Part shown: positions 39,901 through 51,200 of the stretch, piece by piece | How positions within the stretch are numbered: position 1 is the first letter of the stretch | Layout of the letters: the number at the start of each line of letters is the position of its first letter | Assembly: GCA_051362555.1 (NCBI GenBank) | Contig: CM120641.1 | Coordinates: 1,488,001 to 1,552,000, forward strand | Direction: 5' to 3' | DNA from: Lingula anatina | Taxonomy: Eukaryota > Animalia > Brachiopoda | Length of the DNA: 64,000 nt | The notes under the pieces: model-generated | The model's input: the letters and a program-made list of their open reading frames with translations, nothing else | The model's database searches: none | Told to the model about the DNA's origin: nothing | Program-made: the position numbers and the translations under genes

Positions 39901-41685
39901 ACACAGATTTAACCAATAATATTATTGGAAAGTGTTACCCTTCAGGTCATCTTTCATCTCCGTGAATTTTGGGTCAATCGGTGCATTTTCACGAGAGTAG
40001 CGGCCATAAGATACCGAAACTGAAAACTGTCTGTAATTCGGGAACCGTTAATGCTAGAGACCCATTCTTTTTTGCATTTTGTAGAGCATGTAAAGCCCAA
40101 CACTGGAAGTGGTCTCTGTTTTTTTGTATTCCATACGGTTTTCGAGTTACGCTGTATCAAAAAGTACTTATTGGTGGTGAAAGCAAAATGTGCAATACGG
40201 TAATGATTAATAAATTTTGAACTCCAGAAAAATAAAACATAAGGCTTGGCAAAGCAGACAACTTGTGGTCAAAAATGACATTATTTCATCAAATATGAAC
40301 TTCTGGAACTTCAGAGCACCTCCCATTTCAAGAATTTTGACCAAAATGACCTTTTCTTTATTTTAATTAATTTTTTCTGTAGGAAATTTATGGCACATTA
40401 TGGTAACCCCAAAATTATAACATTTAGTCCCTTATATCTCCAAAACTGGCCGAGATAGGTCCATAGTTACTATTGAAGTTGAATAGGAAGTCATATACTG
40501 GCAATCTTACTGTGACCTTGAAATTGACTGTTGACCTACTTTTCACCATGAACTGAACTTTGCAAATTTTGCTTCCCTTTTATCTCCAAAACTGGCAGAG
40601 ATAGGTCTATAGTTACTATTGAACTTGAATGGGAAGTCATATACTGGCAATCTAAATGTGACCTTGAAATTGACCTTTGACCTACTTTTCACCATGAATT
40701 GAACTTTGCAAATTTTGCTTCCCTTTTATCTCCAAAACTGGCAGAGATAGGTCCATAGTTACTATTGAACTTAAATAGGGAGTCATATACTGGCAATCTA
40801 AATGTGACCTTGAAATTGACCTTTGACCTACTTTTCACCAGGAGTTGAACTTTGCAAATTTTGCTTCTCTTTTATCTCCAAAACTGACAGAGATAGGTCC
40901 ATAGTTACTATTGAACTTGAATAGGAAGTCATATACTGGCAATCTAAATGTGACCTTGAAATTGACCTTTGACCTACTTTTTATCATGAATTGAACTTTG
41001 CAAATTTTGGTTCCCTTTTATTTCCAAAACTAGCGAGATAGGTCCATAGTTACTATTGAACTTAAATAGGGAGTCATATACTGGCAATCTAAGTGTGACC
41101 TTGAAATTGACCTTTGACCTACTTATTATCATGAACTGAACTCTGCTAATTTCTTTCTCTTTTAACTCCAAACCTGGCAGAGATAGGTCCATAATTACCA
41201 TTGAACTTGAATAGGAAGTCATATACTGGCAATTTTCTGTGACCTTGAAATTGACCTTTGACCTACCTTACGATGAACTTAAATTTGATTGTACCATTTT
41301 TAGTTATATATATTTTTTGCATATTTTGAAAATTCTTGTTGATTGCATTTTTACATCTTGTCAAGCACAAGACTGGTGGCTATGTCCCTTATTTTGTGTA
41401 TGTGGGGGTCTATAGGAATGCGCTTGCTCCAGCTGGTGGTACAATATTCGGAGGCGGTATCGCCTCTCTGATCCTCTAGTTGTTATTGAAGGGTGAGTTC
41501 AAAATCACTTGATTTATCCCTCCTCTCTGAAATGGATTCATTTGCCCATAAGTCACATATTGAGCACATTTATCTTTTTAGATCAAGATACATCTGTGAT
41601 GCAACCAATGGACCCAAGACGTGGAGTTCAGCCTGTAGAGGAGGATGGACCTTGCTGTACGGTCACCAACAAGACCACTGTCTAA
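30923..41685 (+). CDS. Single-CRD TNF receptor-like protein C (BCMA/TACI-type CRD, TRAF-motif tail, C-terminal PDZ-binding-like motif)
   Basis: Exons 30923-31133 (signal peptide; CTWDTYRDKGTNRCEPCSNLCLPARGMMEECRRRC), 31706-31909 (acidic stalk, TM WATALVVVLVVLISGLISAAILY), 35756-35827 and 39309-39380 (72-nt phase-1 duplicates DQDTSVMQPMDPAGDQPEEEDRPC) and 41582-41685 (DQDTSVMQPMDPRRGVQPVEEDGPCCTVTNKTTV*). The start could alternatively be at 30896 or 30947. Confidence 0.8.
32030..35645 (+). mobile_element. Helentron-associated (HINE/DINE-1-like) element 1 with several internal tandem arrays
   Basis: 5' subTIR gtaccaccagc with an adjacent inverted repeat, 3' subTIR gctggtggtac (35596), 3' stem-loop gaggcggtattgcctc (35615-35630), and a tagtt end. 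Internal arrays of ~159 bp, ~317 bp and 146 bp. Confidence 0.75.
35903..39198 (+). mobile_element. HINE-like element 2 (chimera of the element 3 5' part and the element 1 3' part)
   Basis: Same subTIR and stem-loop layout. 35205-36817 is nearly identical to 38760-40370 (offset ~3553 bp). Confidence 0.75.
37215..38800 (+). repeat. 146-bp satellite array, ~11 copies
   Basis: The aaaactgg anchor recurs at 37231, 37377, 37523, 37667, 37813, 37959, 38105, 38251, 38397, 38543 and 38689. The unit contains tgaccttgaaattgacctttgacct. Confidence 0.95.
39456..41481 (+). mobile_element. HINE-like element 3 with ~6 copies of the 146-bp satellite (40425-41270)
   Basis: subTIRs gtaccaccagc / gctggtggtac, stem-loop gaggcg-gtat-cgcctc, and a ctagtt end. 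Confidence 0.75.
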
Positions 41686-41751
41686 GAGAACAGCTGTAAA
41701 ACAAAACTGGTTGAAAGAACAAACTCTTCAACATTTAAATAATACTAACTC

Positions 41752-41920
41752 CAGGGGCAGAGCCAGAGATATTTGCCGACCGTCTCTCAAAACCTCTTTG
41801 TTGATCCATTCTCCATTTTTGGCCATCTTCCGACAGAAAAAATTAGATATCTATCAATGTAAACTTGAAACTTGAAACTCTGACCCCCCCCCCCCCCCCT
41901 ATTTTTTTAGACACCCTCTT
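41752..41920. mobile_element. MITE-like repeat in the receptor C 3' UTR, same family as 50919-51084
   Basis: Shares tttgttgatccat...tcttccgacagaaaaa...taaacttgaaa with 50963-51035. Confidence 0.55.
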
Positions 41921-44900
41921 CTTGTATAAAAATTTAAAGCTACCATTTAAACAAGACGTTTAGAAAGTGCTGTAAGTGTTGATACTAACTTAACTGCCAT
42001 TTTACTGGGTGGTTTCTTAGTGCCAGAATTTCATTGCATCTGAACATATAATGTAGAAACAGCAAGATTTTAATACGTTAACTAATTGGCAGCTACTTAT
42101 CTATGCACAAATGTATTTATTGTAATCTAGTCGCAAGTTTGTTTGTCATTCCCTCGAATGGTAAAAAGAAATTTTCTTTTAATAGCTAGTCTACCATCAG
42201 TTTATTAAATAATTTTTACCTGTGGATAATGTGTGGCTCATAATATTATGTTGTTAATAGATAACACTGCATTGTCCAAGATTTTGTGTGGGTGTGGATG
42301 CAAATACTCAAAATTTGCCAATTGAGTCAGATATGAAATGGTAGACGAGGACAGTTTCTAAAACTATAATAAGGGATGGATTGCTTGTTTTTGTCTGATT
42401 TTGCTTATATTTTTTATAGGGAAGGGGGAGTGAAGTAAGCTGTGTGGGCCACAGTCCCTCCAACTCCCCCCCCCCTCCTCCTCCCTGGATCTACATTTGG
42501 TGCTGGAAATGATAAACTGTTGAACAAAAACCAGTGTGATCCTTTTATAGTTTCAGTTAGGTATATAAGTGCTTTTTTTGAGAATGAATCTTTGGTAGGC
42601 ATTTTTAATGAGTCTAGTCTGTGATCATGTACATATTCCCCAGCTTTGGTTTGCTTTATGGGACCAAGTTACATATCTACAGTAGAGTACACCATGGTTG
42701 TGAGCACAAGGTCTTGATCTTGACTAATTACATTCTATTGTGGATCTTATATGTTACTTGTTGACCACATTTTTGTGCTGTGATAAAGTGTAGGTATTTT
42801 TGATACTTGAGAAAAGGTGACTGTACATATATTTATTTGCTTAAAATACTTATTTTAATGTAGAAAATTTACAAAATATATATTTGCCACCTTTTGCATT
42901 TTTAAATTGTATATAAATATAAAAATGTTTATAAATATTTAGATGAAATAAAGACTTTAAAAATGTCCAGTCTTCATTTCTGATATACGTTGTAATTATT
43001 TTTTATAATACACTAGATTAAGTGACACACATTGCCATTTCAGTAATTTTGTGGCCGTTTTATCAGTGCATGGATTTAGAATGTAATACATTTATTGTGT
43101 CATGTAAGCCAAAAAAAAAAAGAGCAAAGAGGTGGGAACCATTTAATGCCAAAGCTGGAATTTTTTTTCTTTTAAACAGCTACACAAGGTCTTAAGACAT
43201 AATGTGCACTTTGTAGAGCAGTGCAAACCCCCTTTTTTCAGAGCAATTGCAGTAATTTTGAAAAAAAGTGTGATGGTGTATTGGTGTTCAATTTTTTAAA
43301 ACAAAGAATGTGTAATTTGTCACCTTTGGACCTGCTGAAATATGAATGCTGACCTCCTACAGACCATGGTTAAAAAATAATTTTGAGCAATCATTCAAGT
43401 CTTTTCTATGTGATGACCACCCATATTATAGTACCTGCAGTTAATCATGTCCAGACACTTGTTAATTCATGTCATCGGAGCTGACTGTGGATCAGCACAG
43501 TAATTAAAACTTAACAACTGTGAACAAAAAAGAAGCAAAGAATTTTCCAGCAAATTGAAAACATAACACTGAGAATGGACAATTTTTATTATGTAACATG
43601 CCCATTGTACTGGCTTACTGGCATCAAATGACCCATGGAACAATAAAAACACTGAATTCTACTGAACAGTTATTGGGATAAAAATGACATAGCTACAAAA
43701 GCATTAGCACACCAATAATTATGTTAAGTAATACCACTGTAAATATACACAGAAATCTTTATAAAATCACTACTATGCACACGTTTGTGTCCACAAATGG
43801 ACAATCCAATGTCTAATAATGTACAAGAAATTTATTTAAATAATTGTCAATAAAAGATACTGCCATAACACAACTACCAGTAGCTTTAGAGGGAAATGTT
43901 TCACCAAGAAAGTAGATGGATCTTCTTCCTAGGTATAACATACTCAAAGGGCAATTTACAAAGAGGTGCACAAGCAGAAATTCCTCAATTTTAATTTTAA
44001 CTATTCAAGTACAATGGTACACGAAGAGGTGATGTGTAATAGTAGAAATTCCACAATTTGAATACTTCTTTATAATAAACCCAACACAAAGTCCCCTGAT
44101 CAGAATATACTTGGCATAATTGAGGGCAGTACATATTATATCTATGATATTAGCAGTTACATGTACAGAGCAAACCAAAAGTAAAGTGGTATGATTTATA
44201 ACACTGTTCATCACACGAAGCATCTAAAGATCCCATTAAATTAAGATTCTTTTCTCCAGAGTTCTTCAATTTTTTTCTCCTTTTTCATCTTATGAGGTGA
44301 TCTTGAACTTATTTAAATTCTGTTTCATGAAATTTTCTAAAATTTCTAACCAAATTATTTTCTTTATGCTGAAACTTAAATGTCTTTGGACAGCCTAAGA
44401 AAAGGGATATCAATGACGTCTTAAGGTAAATAAAACAATGCACTGTATTAAAATTTTAAATGTCTCAGAAAAAAATCTTTAATTCCACAAAACTTCACCT
44501 AACACTATAACATGACTTTATAAAACCCTTAACATGTAAAAAATGTTGAATTGTTAGATGTGGCAAAAAAAAAAAAAAAAAAAAAAATTGATGGATTGGT
44601 GTGTTGGACAATTCCCTTTTTCCCCCTCCATGTTTACCCGCAACAAATTTCATTAATTTGATACAAAAAGTCATATTTGGAGAACTGGTAAGGCTCTTTC
44701 AATTGGATTGTGTAACAGAGGATTTCTGAACAGTGTGTTTCTGAATGTTGGGAAGATACAGCCCTGGCAGATAAATTTGAATGATGGTGCATAATATTTA
44801 AGACAAAATATTATGTTTGGTGAAAATAATGCCACGATCTACTATGAAACAAAGGTAAGAAATACTCTGTTAGTGGGACCAGAGTTTTATTTAATTTTCC

Positions 44901-45224
44901 TCCCACGTTCCTCTCCTAAAGTCCTTCAATCCAAGTCTCTAGAGATAAAAATCTAATAAAACATAATGGGTCACATTGCACAAGCAAAGCAAGAAAAGAA
45001 TGTATATTGTATGTACAACAATTTTGTTAAATTTAGCATTCTTGATTTTAGTTTTTATCGAACATGCATTTAATGTTCCAAATAATTTACAAAATCTTGG
45101 CGATGGTTCCCACACCCCAGGTCCTGAGGCTTAGCTTCAGGGGAGAGAAGATAATTTTCCTACTAGGGAACTGGACAGTTTTGTTGTAACCACAGTATTT
45201 ATGTCACACCCAGCTGAAGTTTTC

Positions 45225-47703
45225 TCAGTGTGTCACAATCTCCTGCCTTGTATCATCAGGTGTGAAGAAACTTTCGACTCCAGAATCACATTTTTCTGGT
45301 TCTTGTCCTCTTCTTGGTGGTATAAGCTGCTTCACACTGCCTGAAAAACATTTGAATCCAATTAGTTTATAACTGATTACAAATATTGTAATGGTTTGCA
45401 AATGATGAATCAATACTTCTTAGAAAAATAATTTTCAAAATTATGGAACTGATTAATGCTTTTAAATTAAATATCAAATTCGTACAAGCATATTTATCTG
45501 TTAAAACAGCAAATGCATATAATTATTAATGGCAATGCAAGCTTTTTTTTTCTAAACTTTAAAATGACTTAAGCGTGCAAACTGCGTGATTTGTTAATTT
45601 CTCTTGCCTACCCTTAAAATAAATCTGCCAAGTGATGAAAGCAATTGTACTGGTATTAATCAAGTAATTTTCATGCATTTTTCTAAAAAAGCAATTTCAG
45701 CCAATTGTTTTGAAGCTGTTTCTATATTGACAGAAAAATTCATGGAATGAAAAAAAAATCCTTTATGAAAATGGTCTGGATGTTATGAAACCAGCAGCAG
45801 ACTGTTCTGGCCTCAGTTAGCAAAATGTTAGAAGATTAAGAATATAAATTCTACAGCCACAGGTAATTAAAACATACACAGAAACATGCAAGGGCAAAAA
45901 TGTATCGTAAATCCATTCCTTAACACATTTCATGAAACTCTGAATACAAAAATTTATCAAGCATACCATATTTAGAAACAAATAGATCAGGTCACGAACA
46001 GGACACACCTAAAACAATACCAAGTACTGCATTACATCAATGTAACTTTAAGAACTGATTCGGGAGTTTTCCAAAGTTTGTTCCAGATGGTGATAAATTA
46101 CCTCGATCAGGATGGTAACAGAGGACAATAAAAGTAAACTGTAAGCCATGTAAACTACATTACTGCAGTTCTTGATATGTGCTCGTACAGTGGATTTTAT
46201 TTTGGTACAACTAACACTAGCTCTGTTCCTTTCCACATGCATGAGCAGAATTGTGGTTTAGTATTGATCACCCTCACAAACATACAATTTCCTCATATGA
46301 GTGCATGCTATTTGTGGCAGTAGAATGTTAATTTTGTGAACAGAACAACATCACTATTCACACACAGTGCAAAGGTATAAACATAGAGCAATAAAATACA
46401 ACAGTGATATTATTTTCTAACACGAAAACTCACTGTGGATCCCAGTTTTCTTCACTTCTGATGCCAGTTCTTGCAGTTCTTCAATGATGGCAATAGCATC
46501 TGTTCTCCCTAGCTCTTTCAGGCATTGAGTAAGCTGGGAAATGGTTCCATCCAATACCTGAATAAATATATATAGTTGAAAGAGTTCTGTTTTGAGAAGA
46601 CCCACTCTTCACTAGTCGCATTAAATATATAGATTGAAATATTGAAAAGTGGTCTATAACCAAATTTTGTATAAAATTATGTGGAGTTTGTGGGAAATAA
46701 AAATATTTCAGACTAGTATACATGAAGTGACAGCATGAAATATCAAGACACAAATATGTCTCATTTACATACTAATGTGAAGATATATATACACAGGCTT
46801 ACAGCTTGAATGTATTGAATACAAACCTCATAGTTATCGAGAAGGGACAGAGTAGGACTTTTCTGTGGCCTGAATGTGCTGACCAGATGGCCCAGGTCCA
46901 GATATTTGGCCACTGCCTCCCAGTCTTGGTCAGTTTTACAGGGATCCAGCAGCTTGGCCAGGGAGACTCTGGACATGTAGTCTAGTTTATCAAGGTCACC
47001 TGGGAATAAAAATTAACTTTAAGCAACATATACACTTATTCATGCTACTGTGATAAAATTTTAATTTAACGAAACAAATAGGGGCAAAAATACAATATCA
47101 TGTTTTGAAAGAAATCATGGAAGCCACATAATGTGCTTTTTAAAATGCTGAAGTATGCTAAGTATAGGAAAGATAACTGAATATTTTCCTTCCCCCAATC
47201 CTAACATCATATACAAAACAAACCAAACCTGTTACAGATGAACTTCCCAGCCCTGAGTCCTGGGAAAGGGTGTATACTTTGCCCCCAGACTTGATGAGAT
47301 GTGCACTATGGTCCTCCACATCACGGAAGGTAGAATATGGTTCCCCATTCAGTATTTTTTGAATCTGTATTGAAGTGAGAAAGAGACAGTTGATAATTCA
47401 TTTTATGCATTTTAAAAATAGAAGTTTTAATCAGACTTTGCAGACATATAAGTAGAGAACAGAATAAGACCAAGAAAAAACAGAGGATCAGCAACTGACC
47501 AAATGGACAAAAATATTTTGTTATTTCTTTTTGAAAAGTCTTTTAAAAACAATATCCTTCCAAAATAAATAAATACCGGTAATAGTAACCTCATCAAAGG
47601 TATTATAAAATCAAATGAACAAAAATGTTTTGTAAAATATCTATAAACATGAAGTTATATATATCATCAGTATCTTAAAAAAAAAGAGAATATCCTTCCA
47701 AAA

Positions 47704-47734
<31 letters not shown>

Positions 47735-48171
47735 ACACCAGTTACCTTATCAAATGTAGTATAAAATCAATATACCTTGGCATTCCTCCAAGCTAAATCA
47801 AAGGCAGTGTGTCCTATGAGGTCCTCCTCTAGGTCATTATTCTTTTTCTCCTCCTCATCAACTCCATCTCCCTCATCATCTTTCTCTTCTTCCAACAACT
47901 CTGAGTTTTCAATATTCGGGTCAGCCCCGGCGGCCATGAGTAGAGCCACCATGCCTGTGCACTCACGACCGCAGGCAAGATGGAGGGCAGTGTTGCCGTC
48001 ATATGTGGTGGCATTGACATCTGCCCCAGCCTGGAAATTAAAACAAAATATAAATACTTTAGACTATTTACCTAATAAGTTTTTAAAAATATCTATGTGT
48101 ATATATGCGCAATTTACAATCCTCATACCTTCTTTTTGGTAAATTCTTATAAAAAATACACTAGGCTTATC

Positions 48172-48203
<32 letters not shown>

Positions 48204-51200
48204 TTAATAATAATAATAATAATGGGAAGTTAATGGTGCAACTGGGCGTGGCATACCTCCAGCAGCAAGCATCCCACCAGAGCCAAGTCTTCCTTCTCCA
48301 CGGCATGGTGGAGGGCCGTACGTCCACTCTTACCATCCTGGATATTGACGTCTGTCTGGACACGCAGAATAACTTTTAATGCCTGGAGAGAGCCACACAG
48401 GGCAGCCAGGTGCACAGGGGCAAACCCTGAAGGAAAAAAGGCCAGAATAGTGGACTATAAGTTGGAAATTTTCCGATTTTTAAATATACGGAGATGGAAG
48501 TACAGCATCAGATATTGGTTGACTTTCATCATAATGTGGAAATGCAATAAATCTATAAAGATTTCTCTTTAATTCCTTGCCGAACCCTTGCCTTCTAAGA
48601 ATCAAAATAAACAGGTTATACAAATATTAACTGTCAAAATTTCAAATTTATCAGAAGAAAATCACCTATATGTGGAAAGCATTTCACCCACACTACTGTT
48701 ATACTTTATTGCCTACCTTCATAGTTGTACATGGCAAGCTCTGGGAATGGATTACTAGGACTGGTGTTCAGTCTCATGTACTTCAGCAACACCTCCAGGC
48801 AGCCCTTGGACCCCAGCTCTGCAGCAAGATGAGTGGCAGTGTTACCATGGAGATCAACCATGTATGGGTCTGCCCCACTCTTCAGCAGGAGGTCCACTAC
48901 CAATGGCTGCTGTGTCAGAACTGCCAGGTGAAGGGGGGTCTAAACAAGAAATGAAGATGGGAAATTATCTGCCTAGGATCAGGATGGACTTCTTGTTTCT
49001 TTTCCCTTTTTTTTGTTCAGTTAAATAATGCATTATAAACACATATTTGATATTTCTCTTTAGCCTCAATCCATTTTCTTAAAATTTGAGTAAATTTTGT
49101 ATGTTTATGTGTGCCTTTAAGAAGTTAAATGCTGGCAAGCCTGGTAGTAACCTGGTCTATAAAACAACTCAGAGCTGTATGCCTTCAAACTTTACTGAAT
49201 AACACCTAACTAAATTCAAACTCACTCACCTGTCTTCTCTTGTTGAGTTGGTTGACAATGTTGGAGTTTGGAATAGTGACAGCCACACTAAGAAGATTCT
49301 TACAAGCTTCTACTCGTTTATGGATGACAGCAATGTGGACACAACTGGAGGATAAAGTATCATGGTTGATACCACAGACATCATTTATAAACAATTGTAA
49401 TTAATGTGCAAAATACTAACTAAAGAAAAAATTTAAGCACAAGTATCAAAGTGATCAAAACACCAAATCAAGTTATAAGTCATAATTTGTCTACAATTTA
49501 AAAGGGATGTAATATACTGCCATGTCTTAAAGTGTATACACTGATTAAAATTAAATCAAATCTTATTTCAATATTTTCAAAAGGCAACACCCTAAATGAA
49601 TTTTTTTCCTTAGTGATCATTGTACATCACTTACTTGTCCCCTGCTTCATCCTGAACTCCCACCAGGTGTCTCTGCACTGCAAGAAGAGCTTTTGTATCT
49701 CCAGTTGCAGCATAATCCTGCAGAGCCTCTGCAGTTCTTGCTGCCAGCCTCATCACCAAGTCATTGTTTTGTTGTGACAGAGAATCAGGCTGAGGCTCTG
49801 GGGCGGAGGTTCCTGGAAAGATTCAATAGTATATGTAAAATAAAATAATAACATCGGTAATATTTCAGTGTTGTATCTAATAAAATTATCTCAATAACTA
49901 CAAGTCATACACTGTCCAACTATTGGTTGTTCCTTACCTTAACAATATCTGTTTGTACTTAATTGTATAAGCAAAGGGTAAATGTAATTCTATAAATAGT
50001 TGTACACATCCATCAAGTCAATATTAAAATACATTTACTGAGGCAGCACACAAACATTTTAAGTGATTTCATATAATAATGAGTATCTGCTACCTTTTGT
50101 TGGAATGGGGACTTCATCCAGTCCCATCTGCTTGGTCTTTGAAGTAATATTTTCCATGTCAGATTTCCAGTTGTTTTCCTTCCCAACTGAGATGGTGCCT
50201 CGTGCAAGGAGTCCTTTCTGAGGGTATCCATAGTATGGCTGGTTTGAGGAGGAGTCATAAGGGGGACTGAACATGTTCATGTCATCAAAGTCTGGTGCTG
50301 AGTCTGTCACCAAGTCTTCACTGTCAGTGGGACCATAATGTGGAAAGGAGGGTGCTGCCATAGATCCCCCAATATTCTGCATTTTGATTGGGTGTTGATT
50401 TGCCCTTGACATGTTTCCATTGAGGTTGCTGATTGGCTGTGTGCTGAGTGATGGCTGCTGTACATATCCAGAGCCTTTCATCATTGGAGGATTCACAGGC
50501 CGGTTCACTCCTTGTGATGTGCCTAAGAATGTCATGGTTAAATCTGGTGTAAAAATTGCACTTTTAAGGGACAGTACAAAAGATTTTTGGTGCCTGAAAT
50601 TTGTCCTGTGCTTGAGTGATATGCTATTTTACATCCGATTACATCTCCCTGCTAAATCCTTTTTAAATTTTTAATCAAAGCGCAAGGAATACATTTAGGC
50701 AATCATTAAACCAAATATGGGCATTTTTAATTTACTGTTCCCACCTGCAAAATTGTAGGTGGCGCTCCCTCCTGCCCCAGTACCCCCAGCAGGGCCCACA
50801 AGTCCAGATCCTCCTCCACCACTGCCTCCGCTGCTGTAGCCACCTGAGCTGCCTCCAGAGCCACCTATTGAGTAAACAAGGTTATTTCTCATATCAATAC
50901 CTACTCTTTAGATAATGCAGGGACGGATCCAGATACATTTTCTGACAGTCTTCCAAATTATCTTTGTTGATCCATCCCCTATTTTGACCGTCTTCCGACA
51001 GAAAAAATAAGATACGCGTCAATATAAACTTGAAAATCTGACCGTCTTCCGGAAGACCCAGAAGACTGCCTTAATCCGCCCCAGCAATGGGTAAAACAGG
51101 AAGGATGTATTTCTTAAATATGATACAAAATGGCAACTTATGTTTACCAGAACTTTCTCGTACATTGGTATTTCTAATTATAGGTACTGGGGAAAATGAT

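Noticed and set aside
42261-42360. Candidate last exon of receptor C
   Set aside because: The phase-1 reading gives a short peptide with no motif, whereas 41582-41685 has a stronger acceptor and a TRAF-type motif.
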